From NCBI GenBank assembly GCA_035534295.1, contig DATLSE010000046.1:6325-70324 (forward strand): 64,000 nucleotides of DNA, read 5' to 3'. This DNA comes from Nitrosotalea sp. GTDB lineage: Bacteria; Chloroflexota; Dormibacteria; Dormibacterales; Dormibacteraceae. The position numbers were made by a program, and so were the translations under genes. Positions within the stretch are counted from its first letter, which is position 1. Every line of letters starts with the position of its first letter. The notes under the pieces are model-generated. The model saw only the letters and a program-made list of their open reading frames with translations, searched no databases and was not told the origin of the DNA. Below, in pieces: positions 20,358 to 28,189 of the stretch.

Positions 20358-21583
20358 GCGCGCGTCCGACCGTCCAGCTGGTCCTCGAAGGACACATTAT
20401 CGATTCCATGATGCTGCCCCAGATCATGGACCTGGTGATGGACCTGGGCGGCAACTTCACCGTCCAGGAGCTGCGCGTGGGCCAGCACAAGACCGAGCCC
20501 TCGCTCTGCCGGCTCGAGGTCAGTGCAGCCGACCTCCACGATCTGGACGAAATCGTTCGCCGGGCTCGCGAGCTCGGAGCCCTGGTCGCCACCGAAGAGC
20601 CGGTGCAGACCACGGCCGCGGTCCAAGAAGGCGTCTATCCCGAGGGCTTTTATTCGACCAGCAACCTGCCCACCTATCTCCTGCTCGAGTCCGGGTGGGT
20701 GCCGGTGGAGCGCCAGGAGATGGACTGTGCGGTGGCGGTCGACCGGAGTCAGGGACGAGCTTGGTGCGTCACCTTTGCCGAGACTCACCCGGGGATGGAG
20801 TTGGTGGTCGGCCATCAGGGGGTGCGCGTCGTACCCATGGAGCGATCGCGTCAGATGGAGATTTTCAGCTTCATGGCTTCGGAGGTGTCAGCGGAGAAGC
20901 CGAAGAAGCTCCTCATCGCCAAGATCGCGGCGGAATTGCTCAGCATTCGGGCCGAGGGCGGCCGCATCCTGGTCGTGGCCGGTCCGGCCGTCGTGCACAC
21001 GGGCGCGGGCCGGTACCTCTCCTGGCTGATCGAGCATGACTGCGTGCAGGTTCTGTTCGCAGGCAACGCGCTCGCCGTGCACGACGTCGAGGCGGCGCTC
21101 TACGGAACGGCGTTGGGTGTGAACCTCGAGAGCGGTCTGCCCATCGAGCACGGCCACGAGCACCACATGCGAGCCATCAACCGGGTCCGGGCGGCGGGAA
21201 GTTTGGCGCGCATGGTGGAGAGTGGAGAGCTGACCTCGGGCGTGATGCGAAGCGCGCACCTAAAAGGCGTCGAGGTCGTGCTGGCCGGGAGCGTTCGCGA
21301 CGACGGACCGCTGCCTGACGTCGTGACCGAGATGGGAGAGGCGCAGCGGCGCATGCGCCAGGCGCTGCCCGGGGTCCGGATGGCGATCATGATGTCGACC
21401 ATGCTGCATTCGATCGCGACCGGCAACATGCTGCCGGCCGGAGTTCGCACCGTGTGCGTCGACATTAACCCCGCCGTCGTGACCAAGCTGGCTGACCGGG
21501 GCAGCTGGCAGTCGATTGGTCTTGTGACCGACGTCGAGTCGTTCCTGCGCGAGCTCGTGCAGGTGCTGGGGGGAGACGTCTAG
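20354..21583 (+). CDS. TIGR00300 / LOR-SDH conserved-region family protein (archaeal-type ornithine cyclodeaminase-like)
   Basis: ATG 20354 overlaps the pyrF stop (ATGA). The N-terminus MSARPTVQLVLEGHIIDSMMLPQIMDLVMDLGGNF and a Rossmann-like C-terminal half (ILVVAGPAVVHTGAG...VLFAGNALAVHD) resemble that family as I remember it. This is not verified by search. Confidence 0.55.
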   Translation: MSARPTVQLVLEGHIIDSMMLPQIMDLVMDLGGNFTVQELRVGQHKTEPSLCRLEVSAADLHDLDEIVRRARELGALVATEEPVQTTAAVQEGVYPEGFYSTSNLPTYLLLESGWVPVERQEMDCAVAVDRSQGRAWCVTFAETHPGMELVVGHQGVRVVPMERSRQMEIFSFMASEVSAEKPKKLLIAKIAAELLSIRAEGGRILVVAGPAVVHTGAGRYLSWLIEHDCVQVLFAGNALAVHDVEAALYGTALGVNLESGLPIEHGHEHHMRAINRVRAAGSLARMVESGELTSGVMRSAHLKGVEVVLAGSVRDDGPLPDVVTEMGEAQRRMRQALPGVRMAIMMSTMLHSIATGNMLPAGVRTVCVDINPAVVTKLADRGSWQSIGLVTDVESFLRELVQVLGGDV

Positions 21584-21601
21584 CAGCGGCGGTTGGCGGA
21601 C

Positions 21602-21618
21602 TAGAATGGTACGTACCA
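21602..21618 (+). promoter_or_regulatory. Candidate -10 (TAGAAT) overlapped by a perfect 12-bp palindrome TGGTACGTACCA; likely TetR-type operator
   Basis: TAGAAT lies at 21602-21607 and the palindrome at 21607-21618. They sit 22 nt upstream of the ACAD ATG (SD AGGGAGG at 21628-21634). A TetR gene lies in the same unit. Confidence 0.4.
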
Positions 21619-21639
21619 GTACCACGCAGGGAGGCCGCC

Positions 21640-22836
21640 ATGGTGTCGTTCGAGCTCAGCCCTGAGCAGAGGGAAATCAGAGATTGGGTCCACGAATTCG
21701 CTGAGCGCGAAATTCGACCGGTCGCCCATGAGTACGACGAGCGCGAGGAATTTCCCTGGCCCGTACTTCAAAAGGCGGCCCAGATCGGTCTTTATTCGTC
21801 CGACTTCCTGATGCAGGGATTCGCTGACCCGAGTGGAATCCTGCCTGCGCTGGTGGCCGAGGAACTGACCTGGGGCTGCGCTGGAATCGCCCTCGCGCTT
21901 CAGGGCACTGGACTTCCGGTGGCTGCGATATTCGCCCAGGGAACTCCAGAACAGGTGGCCACCTGGATTCCGGCCTGCTATGGGAGTGCAGAGGTCCCAG
22001 CCCTGGGTGCGTTCTGTGCCACCGAGGCCGACGCTGGGTCGGATGTGTCGAACTACAAGACCAGGGCCCAAATGAAGGATGGCGATTGGGTCTTGAACGG
22101 AGAGAAGATCTTCATCACCAACGGTGGCATCGCCGACGTCCACGTCGTCGTGGCCACCGTCGACCCCGCGCTCGGTTCTCGCGGCCAGGCCTCATTCGTG
22201 GTCCCGCCCAAAACCAAGGGATTGGTCCAGGGCAAGAAGGAGAAGAAGATGGGCATCCGCGCGTCCCACACCGCGACCGTGGTGCTGCAGGACGTGCGGA
22301 TTCCGGCTGACTGCTTGCTGGGAGGTGGGGAACGTCTGGAGGCCCGCCTTGCCCGGGGACGGGCGGGCGAGAGCACGGGGCGGAGCAACGTGGCCATGCG
22401 CACCTTCGAGACCACGCGGCCGCTGGTCGGCGCCCAGGCACTCGGTATCGCCCGGGCGGCCTTTGAATTCGCACTTGGATACGCCAAGGAGCGGCGCCAG
22501 TTCGGTCGCCCGATCATCGATAACCAGGCCATCGCGTTCAAGCTCGCCGACATGGCGGTCCAGATCGAGGCGGCCCGGAACATGATCTGGCGAGCCCTGT
22601 GGGAAGGTAAGAACGGGGGCGAGTTCAAGCATGCCGAGGGTTCGATGGCCAAGCTCTTCGCCGGTGAGGTCGCGGTCAAGGTGACCGAGGAAGCGATTCA
22701 GATCTGCGGCGGCTACGGGTATATTCGCGATTTCCCGGTTGAGAAGTGGCACCGCGACGCCAAGATCTACACCCTTTTCGAGGGCACCTCCGAGATCCAG
22801 CGCTTGGTCATCAGCCGCTCGCTCGCCGCCCTGTGA
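21640..22836 (+). CDS. Acyl-CoA dehydrogenase
   Basis: All three ACAD domains are present: the N-terminal helical domain, the middle beta domain (GSDVSNYKTRA...WVLNGEKIFITNG) and the C-terminal domain (QICGGYGYIRDFPVEKWHRDAKIYTLFEGTSEIQ). Confidence 0.9.
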   Translation: MVSFELSPEQREIRDWVHEFAEREIRPVAHEYDEREEFPWPVLQKAAQIGLYSSDFLMQGFADPSGILPALVAEELTWGCAGIALALQGTGLPVAAIFAQGTPEQVATWIPACYGSAEVPALGAFCATEADAGSDVSNYKTRAQMKDGDWVLNGEKIFITNGGIADVHVVVATVDPALGSRGQASFVVPPKTKGLVQGKKEKKMGIRASHTATVVLQDVRIPADCLLGGGERLEARLARGRAGESTGRSNVAMRTFETTRPLVGAQALGIARAAFEFALGYAKERRQFGRPIIDNQAIAFKLADMAVQIEAARNMIWRALWEGKNGGEFKHAEGSMAKLFAGEVAVKVTEEAIQICGGYGYIRDFPVEKWHRDAKIYTLFEGTSEIQRLVISRSLAAL

Positions 22837-22841
22837 GCGCG

Positions 22842-23435
22842 ATGCTCGGGCCGCGACGAGCCGCCGCCGGGGTGAGCGAGTCCGACCGTGGCGGCTCCCG
22901 CCGCGAACGACTACTGGCCTCGGCTCTCTGGGGCTTCGCCAGAAGCGGTTACCACGAGACCTCAGTGGACGACATCGTGGCCCGGGCCAGAACGTCCAAA
23001 ACTGCCTTCTATGATCATTTCGCATCCAAGGAGGCCTGCCTGGCCGCGCTGCTGGAGGAGCAGGGGGGGGCGCTCATGAACGCCGTTCAGGCAGCCGCTC
23101 AGGGCGGCCGTGATCACCGCGAGCGACTCCGCCGCGGCATCGCCGAGTTCGTCCGGCGCTGTGACCAAGACGCCGATCTGGGATGGGTGCTATTGGTGCG
23201 CTCGGTCGGTCTTTCGTCCCAGATCGAGGCCCAGCGGCTGAGCCTGCAAAGCCGCTTCGCCAGCCTGGTCGCGGCCGAGCAGCGCCTATCGGACGATGGC
23301 CCCAGCGACTCTGCGGCGCAGACATTCGCCTGGGCGGTCGTGGGCGCGGTCGGCGAGGTGTCAAGGCAGCTGCTGCGCTCAGGCGCGGACGCGGGCGCGG
23401 CAGCAGCCGTGCTGGGCCAGATTTTCGCCCCTTGA
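22842..23435 (+). CDS. TetR/AcrR-family transcriptional regulator
   Basis: The HTH is RRERLLASALWGFARSGYHETSVDDIVARARTSKTAFYDHFASKEACL. ATG 22842 lies 5 nt after the ACAD stop. Confidence 0.85.
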   Translation: MLGPRRAAAGVSESDRGGSRRERLLASALWGFARSGYHETSVDDIVARARTSKTAFYDHFASKEACLAALLEEQGGALMNAVQAAAQGGRDHRERLRRGIAEFVRRCDQDADLGWVLLVRSVGLSSQIEAQRLSLQSRFASLVAAEQRLSDDGPSDSAAQTFAWAVVGAVGEVSRQLLRSGADAGAAAAVLGQIFAP

Positions 23436-24064
23436 AGTACAGCTCGCCCCGCGAGCGGGTGCGCGCCGTTTACGAGCGGGGCGCAGATCGCTATGACCGC
23501 CTGATGGGACTGACTGAGCGCCTGGTCGGGCCGGTCCGGGCTCTGGCCGGTGCTGCCCTGACGGGGTGCGACCAGATATTGGAGATTGGCGTGGGCAGTG
23601 GGCTGAGCCTGCCGCACTACGCCGACGCGTCCGCCCTGCTCGGGGTCGATCTGAGTTTGGCCATGCTTCAGCTGGCTCGGGCCCGCGCCACCAGGCTCGG
23701 CATCCGGCCACGATTCGCCCAGATGGACGCCGAGAACCTGGCGCTGGGCGCGGCCAGATTTGATGGCGTGGCCTTCAACCTGGCCCTGTGCACGATCCCC
23801 AACCCCGATCGGGCGCTCGCAGAAGCGGTACGCGTGGCGCGACCGGGGGCCACAATCGTTCTACTGGAGCACGTCAGGAGCCACCTTCAACCCCTGGCGC
23901 TGCTCCAAGACATCCTCACTCCGCTCACGATCAGGGCCGACGCCGATCACCTCAATCGCCGCACCATGGACAGGGCTCGGGCCGCGGGCATCGAGCTCAT
24001 CGAGGTTCGCACCTGGCTCGCGGGCTGCCTGGCACTTGGCGTCGGCCGGATCCCACCTGCCTGA
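23432..24064 (+). CDS. Class I SAM-dependent methyltransferase
   Basis: Motif I ILEIGVGSG, then LLGVDLS, FDGVAFNLALCTIPNPDRAL and PGATIVLLEH. The proposed TTG 23432 overlaps the TetR stop (TTGA). The start is uncertain. Confidence 0.75.
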   Translation: MKYSSPRERVRAVYERGADRYDRLMGLTERLVGPVRALAGAALTGCDQILEIGVGSGLSLPHYADASALLGVDLSLAMLQLARARATRLGIRPRFAQMDAENLALGAARFDGVAFNLALCTIPNPDRALAEAVRVARPGATIVLLEHVRSHLQPLALLQDILTPLTIRADADHLNRRTMDRARAAGIELIEVRTWLAGCLALGVGRIPPA

Positions 24065-24110
24065 GGTCCAGGGCCGAACGCGGCCGGGGAAGAAATCGGC
24101 GTAACCAAAA

Positions 24111-24131
24111 ACGAACGTACGTTCGTATAAT
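24111..24131 (+). promoter_or_regulatory. Cheo-type LexA (SOS) box fused to a perfect -10 hexamer
   Basis: The 16-bp perfect palindrome ACGAACGTACGTTCGT (24111-24126) contains CGAAC-N4-GTTCG. TATAAT lies at 24126-24131 and ATG 24139 follows 7 nt later. This is a low-GC island in a high-GC region. Confidence 0.6.
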
Positions 24132-24138
24132 TAATCGC

Positions 24139-24543
24139 ATGCGAACTCTGGGGACTCAGGTGCGATTGAAGCGTCTCATCCGTCAGCACTCTGACCTGGT
24201 CGATCGGCTGCGGCGCGAGGGAGCGGACCCCCTGCCGCGGGCGGTGGTCTCCGCTCGGCTCTACGACTTGGAGGAGATTGTTCGCCAGGGCTGGCGGGCG
24301 GAGAGGAGGGCTTCGGACTCGCGTATTCCGGTAGTTGACGACCACGTAGAGGAGGCTCTCCGCCAGATCGGGTCCTGGATCGCCAGGCTTGGCCAGCCGG
24401 ACATGGACCTGGGCGTCTGCCGCCAGGGCTTTCAGGCTGTCGCCGTACCGCTTCTCTTCGTACTTCGCGGCCTCGACGAGGTGGGGGAGGAGGTGCTCGG
24501 AGGCGGCTGGGCCGAACCCGAGCCGGTAACGACTCACCGGTAA
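24139..24543 (+). CDS. Hypothetical protein (134 aa), predicted LexA-regulated and leaderless
   Basis: The ATG lies 7 nt after the TATAAT/LexA box. The product is helical-looking and R/E/L-rich (VRLKRLIRQHSDLVDRLRREG...), with no recognised family. A fully antisense ORF (23947..24588, minus strand) competes, and codon-position GC does not discriminate between them. See the rejected list. Confidence 0.45.
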   Translation: MRTLGTQVRLKRLIRQHSDLVDRLRREGADPLPRAVVSARLYDLEEIVRQGWRAERRASDSRIPVVDDHVEEALRQIGSWIARLGQPDMDLGVCRQGFQAVAVPLLFVLRGLDEVGEEVLGGGWAEPEPVTTHR

Positions 24544-24622
24544 CGACTCAGTTGGAGAGGTGAATCGGCGCCGCGCGAGGTCATCCATCTAGGGAAAAGC
24601 GGACCGCAATGCGCGTCGATCC

Positions 24623-24679
24623 GATCGGATTCACGCGGAAGCTTGGAAGATCGGATTGATTTCCGCAGTAGATCGGATT
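24623..24679 (+). repeat. Three direct copies of GATCGGATT in the 116-bp region upstream of the tadE-like operon
   Basis: Copies lie at 24623-24631, 24649-24657 and 24671-24679, spaced 26 and 22 bp apart. Copies 2 and 3 share AGATCGGATT. Local GC is lower. Confidence 0.6.
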
Positions 24680-24704
24680 TGAGATCGTTATCCTTCCAGA
24701 CACC

Positions 24705-25274
24705 TTGAACGTATCTGAGCGCCCGATCGCGGACTCCTGCCGACGCCGCCAGCGAGGCCAGTCCCTGGTCGAATTCGCGATCACCGCGCCCATCCTGCTG
24801 CTGCTCCTGGCCGGCGCCATAGATTTCGGTAACGGATACACGGTGCGCCTCCAGGTTGCCAATGCGGCCCGGGTGGGAGCGCGCTGGGCGTCGCTTCATT
24901 CGGGCGATGTCAATCAGGGCTGGAGTTCGTCCTCAGCCCCGGCCGAGAACACCATCGAGGGTCAGGTCATCTACGCCGGCGACACCCTTTCCGTGATCAA
25001 CGACGACAGCCACATCCAGATCTACTACTACATCTGGACCCAGGGAACGACCACCACAACCTACTGCGGCCGATATTCGGAGGCGACCAACTCGTTTGTC
25101 GGTGGTTCGATCTCCGGCGGTGGCTCCTACACCCTGAGCCAGTGCGTAGCGGTGGACAACATCGTGCAGGTCACCGTCTATTACGACTACCCCGTGCTCA
25201 CTCCACTTTTCAGCTCCCTCTTCGGGCCCACCATCAGCGTCGGCTCTCAGGCCTCCTTCGTGATCCAGTCGTGA
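24705..25274 (+). CDS. TadE-like pseudopilin (Flp pilus assembly TadE/G-like N-terminal domain)
   Basis: RRRQRGQSLVEFAITAPILLLLLAGAIDFG is the TadE signature. It is paralogous to 26506..27069, including the C-terminal FVGGSISGGGSYTLSQCV region. Confidence 0.75.
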   Translation: MNVSERPIADSCRRRQRGQSLVEFAITAPILLLLLAGAIDFGNGYTVRLQVANAARVGARWASLHSGDVNQGWSSSSAPAENTIEGQVIYAGDTLSVINDDSHIQIYYYIWTQGTTTTTYCGRYSEATNSFVGGSISGGGSYTLSQCVAVDNIVQVTVYYDYPVLTPLFSSLFGPTISVGSQASFVIQS

Positions 25275-26509
25275 GCGGGCGAGCGCGCGCCTCAGAGCGC
25301 GGTTCGATTCTGGTCCTGGTGGCCATGATGTCCTTGATCCTGATTGCGTTCGTGGGTCTGGCGGTGGATGGAGGCGAGATTCAGGCCCAGCAGCGCCAGT
25401 CGCAGAATGCGGCTGACGGCGCCGCGCTCGCGGCCGGCACCGCGATCTTGAATTCTCCTGACTACGGCTACAGCACGACCGACGCCACCAACATCGCCGA
25501 TACCGTGGCTGGCTTCAGCGGCATCGTCCCGGCCGATGTGACCATCGCGTACTACGACTCCACTTCAAGTCCCACGACCGTACCGGCGAGCGTGGTGACG
25601 GTGACCGCGAGCGTCACCCACACCTTCGCGACGCTGTTTCTCCCCGTCATGAACATCGATACCGCCACCGTCCAGGCCCAGGCCACGGTGACATTGAGCC
25701 AGAGCCCGGCCGGCTGCGCCATCTGCGTCATGTCGCCCGGGGCCAGCCCTGCTCTGGAGTCCTCTAACGGGGCCCAGGTCACCGCCACGGGCGGCCCGAT
25801 CCAGGTTCTGTCCAATGCCTCGCCCGCCATCACCACCTCTAATTCGGGTGTGATCACCGCTCCCAGCATCACCTCCGTGGGCACTGTCAGCGGCCCCACC
25901 ACGCCCACCGCGCTGACCGGCTCCTCGTACACATTCCCCGATCCCCTGGCCGCCATCCCCGTGCCCACCCTGGGCCAGCCGGCGGCGAACGTCACCTACG
26001 GCAGCTCGACGACCATCAACCCGGGCACATACGGAACCATCACCATTCCCCTGGGGGTGACCGTGACCATGAACCCGGGGCTGTATGTCATCGCCGGCGG
26101 ACTATCCCTCAACGGCGTATTGCGGGGCAACGGCGTCAACATCTACTTCGCCTGCGTCGACGGCTCGGGAAATGCCAGCACCTGTTCCAGCCCCACCGAC
26201 CCGGGGAACATCAACGTCGCCGGGAGCATGGTGATCTCAGCACCGCCCACTGGCAGTACATACTCGGGGCTGGCCATTTTCGGTGACCGCAACAACACGG
26301 CCACGTTCACCGTCGGTGGCACCCTCACTCCCACGGGCACGGTCTACGCGCCCTCGATGAACATGTTCATTCCTGACGGCTCGCACCAGAGCCTGACCAG
26401 CCGCGTCGTCCTCGGCAGCATTGACGTCGACTCGGGCGGACGCTTGTTCGTGAATTACAGCCAGAGTGGCAATTACGTCACCCCGGGCAAGATCGAGCTG
26501 ACTTCGTGA
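25271..26509 (+). CDS. TadG-like pilus assembly protein (Tad_N domain + Thr/Ser/Gly-rich beta-rich domain)
   Basis: GTG 25271 forms GTGA with the upstream stop. ERGSILVLVAMMSLILIAFVGLAVDGGEIQAQQRQSQNAADGAALAAG is the TadG-type N-terminus. A long T/S/G/V-rich region follows. Confidence 0.7.
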   Translation: MSGRARASERGSILVLVAMMSLILIAFVGLAVDGGEIQAQQRQSQNAADGAALAAGTAILNSPDYGYSTTDATNIADTVAGFSGIVPADVTIAYYDSTSSPTTVPASVVTVTASVTHTFATLFLPVMNIDTATVQAQATVTLSQSPAGCAICVMSPGASPALESSNGAQVTATGGPIQVLSNASPAITTSNSGVITAPSITSVGTVSGPTTPTALTGSSYTFPDPLAAIPVPTLGQPAANVTYGSSTTINPGTYGTITIPLGVTVTMNPGLYVIAGGLSLNGVLRGNGVNIYFACVDGSGNASTCSSPTDPGNINVAGSMVISAPPTGSTYSGLAIFGDRNNTATFTVGGTLTPTGTVYAPSMNMFIPDGSHQSLTSRVVLGSIDVDSGGRLFVNYSQSGNYVTPGKIELTS

Positions 26510-27069
26510 TGAGTTGCTTTAAGCAAGCTCGCCGGTCTCGGCAGCGCGGCCAGGCTCTGGTGGAGTTCTCTCTGGTGTCGATACTCGTCTTCACGCTCAT
26601 GTTCGGGATCATGGATTGGAGCTATTTCTTTTCGGGCAAGGTGTCGGCCACCAACGCCGCCCGGTCGGCGGCGCGCTACGCCGCCGTGCATCCCACGGCC
26701 TGGACCAACGCCAATCCACCGGCGGCGAATACGATCGAGAGTCGACTCATACTCACCGCAGTCCCAGCCACGGTGGTGAATCAGGATTACGCGAGCGGCG
26801 CCAAGTCGTACATCACAATCAGCTACCTGATCCCGAGCACCGCCGGTGGCACGGCCTGCGGTCAGTACAGCGTCAGCGCTAACGGATTCGTAGGTGACCC
26901 GATCTCGGGAGGTGGCACCTATACCCAGGCCCAGTGCGTAGTAGCGGGAAATATCGTCACCGTAGAGGCCGTGTACACATACCGCTTCATCACCCCATTC
27001 CTGCAAGCTGCGTTCTCGCCCGGGACGATCCAGATCACAACCGTGGCGGCAGAGCTGATCGAGGTCTGA
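26506..27069 (+). CDS. TadE-like pseudopilin (second paralogue)
   Basis: GTG 26506 forms GTGA with the tadG-like stop. RRSRQRGQALVEFSLVSILVFTLMFGIMDW is the TadE signature. Confidence 0.75.
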   Translation: MMSCFKQARRSRQRGQALVEFSLVSILVFTLMFGIMDWSYFFSGKVSATNAARSAARYAAVHPTAWTNANPPAANTIESRLILTAVPATVVNQDYASGAKSYITISYLIPSTAGGTACGQYSVSANGFVGDPISGGGTYTQAQCVVAGNIVTVEAVYTYRFITPFLQAAFSPGTIQITTVAAELIEV

Positions 27070-27256
27070 ACACGCCTCGGGGCGGGCGGGCATGGTGTCG
27101 GGCCACCGGACGGCGCTCCGATAGACTCAATTCCCAAAGAGTGAAGCAGGCGTGCCCGACCACCGTCCGATCTCTCGATCTGAGCCGCGCCGCTCGGGCT
27201 GGGGCGAGGGACGCCCAGCTCAATCGGCCCCTCCAGGGCGTGCGAGTCCAATCTCG

Positions 27257-28189
27257 ATGAGTGCCTCCGAGCGTCGCGGCGCCTGGCGCATCCTGGTGCC
27301 CCTGGTGAAGGGGCAGACCGCCCGGCCTCTGATCAGCGTGGGTGACGCTCTGGTGGCCGGGGCGGTCGAAGCCGCTGGCTTGGTGCTGGGTATAGTCGAG
27401 ACCAGCTTCACCAATCCCATGCAGGGACCGGACATCGACCGCATCCGGGACATGCTGAAGTGGATCGCCAGCTCCGACTACGATCACGAGGGAAGACCCG
27501 CGATGGGGGTCGAGGTGCGCTTCAGCACCGACATCGCTGCCTCCATTCGGGCCGCGGTGATGGAGCATTCGTGTTCGACCGTGGTGCTCGCCTACCCCTG
27601 GCTCGCCGAGCCCCGCCAGCACCGGCTGCGCGCGGTCTGCGAATCCCTGCTTGAGCCCGCGCCTTCAGACCTTCTGTTGGTCCGTCCGGCTCTCGCCGCC
27701 CCCGAGGCCGCGATCAACCCACGCTCAATCATGGTCGCGGTCCGCGGCGGCCCTCATCAGGCGCTGATCAACCGGCTGATCAAAGGCTTCGCACGCGTCG
27801 CAGAGTCGAAGGTCACCCTCGTCCACGTCAGCCGACCGTCCGACCATCAGGACCGGCGTCGGCGCGGCCGGGAGGAGCTTCAACGGCTGGCGACTTCGCT
27901 GGGCGGAATTCCCGTGTCCATCGTCACTGCGGAGCACGCCAATCCCATGAGCGTGATCATGGACGTGGCCGCCGACCACGATCTGGTCGTCGTCGGATCG
28001 CACCTTGATCGGGAGGCACCCGCGCGGATCCTGAGTCCGGCGCTGCGACAGCTCCTCAGCCGGTCTCCGGCCACGGTGGTGCTGGCCCATGCTGCCGGGG
28101 CTCAGGACTGGCAGCTACCAGAGGTGCGCTCGGCGAGCGGCGCCAGCGGCAGTAGGTCTCCAAGAGCCGGGGTGCCCTCGGTCGGCTAG
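27257..28189 (+). CDS. Tandem universal stress protein (UspA) domain protein
   Basis: Two USP-like halves are present (WRILVPLVKGQTARPL...CSTVVLAY and IMVAVRGGPHQ...VTLVHV...HDLVVVGSH). ATG 27257 is preferred over the ORF-track start at 27152. Confidence 0.65.
   Translation: MSASERRGAWRILVPLVKGQTARPLISVGDALVAGAVEAAGLVLGIVETSFTNPMQGPDIDRIRDMLKWIASSDYDHEGRPAMGVEVRFSTDIAASIRAAVMEHSCSTVVLAYPWLAEPRQHRLRAVCESLLEPAPSDLLLVRPALAAPEAAINPRSIMVAVRGGPHQALINRLIKGFARVAESKVTLVHVSRPSDHQDRRRRGREELQRLATSLGGIPVSIVTAEHANPMSVIMDVAADHDLVVVGSHLDREAPARILSPALRQLLSRSPATVVLAHAAGAQDWQLPEVRSASGASGSRSPRAGVPSVG

Noticed and set aside
23947-24588. Minus-strand 213-aa ORF exactly antisense to the proposed SOS-controlled gene.
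   Set aside because: It would read through the LexA-box/TATAAT palindrome and overlap the convergent methyltransferase by 117 nt. Its C-terminal two-thirds is Pro/Ser/Arg-rich. The plus-strand ATG sits at ideal leaderless distance from the -10. This is not fully excluded: codon-position GC is symmetric between the two frames.
28186-28189. Palindromic CTAG that provides the stop codons of both convergent genes (USP TAG and kinase TAG). A similar CTAA occurs at 36712-36715.
   Set aside because: This is a real but trivial consequence of tight packing. No regulatory meaning can be inferred.
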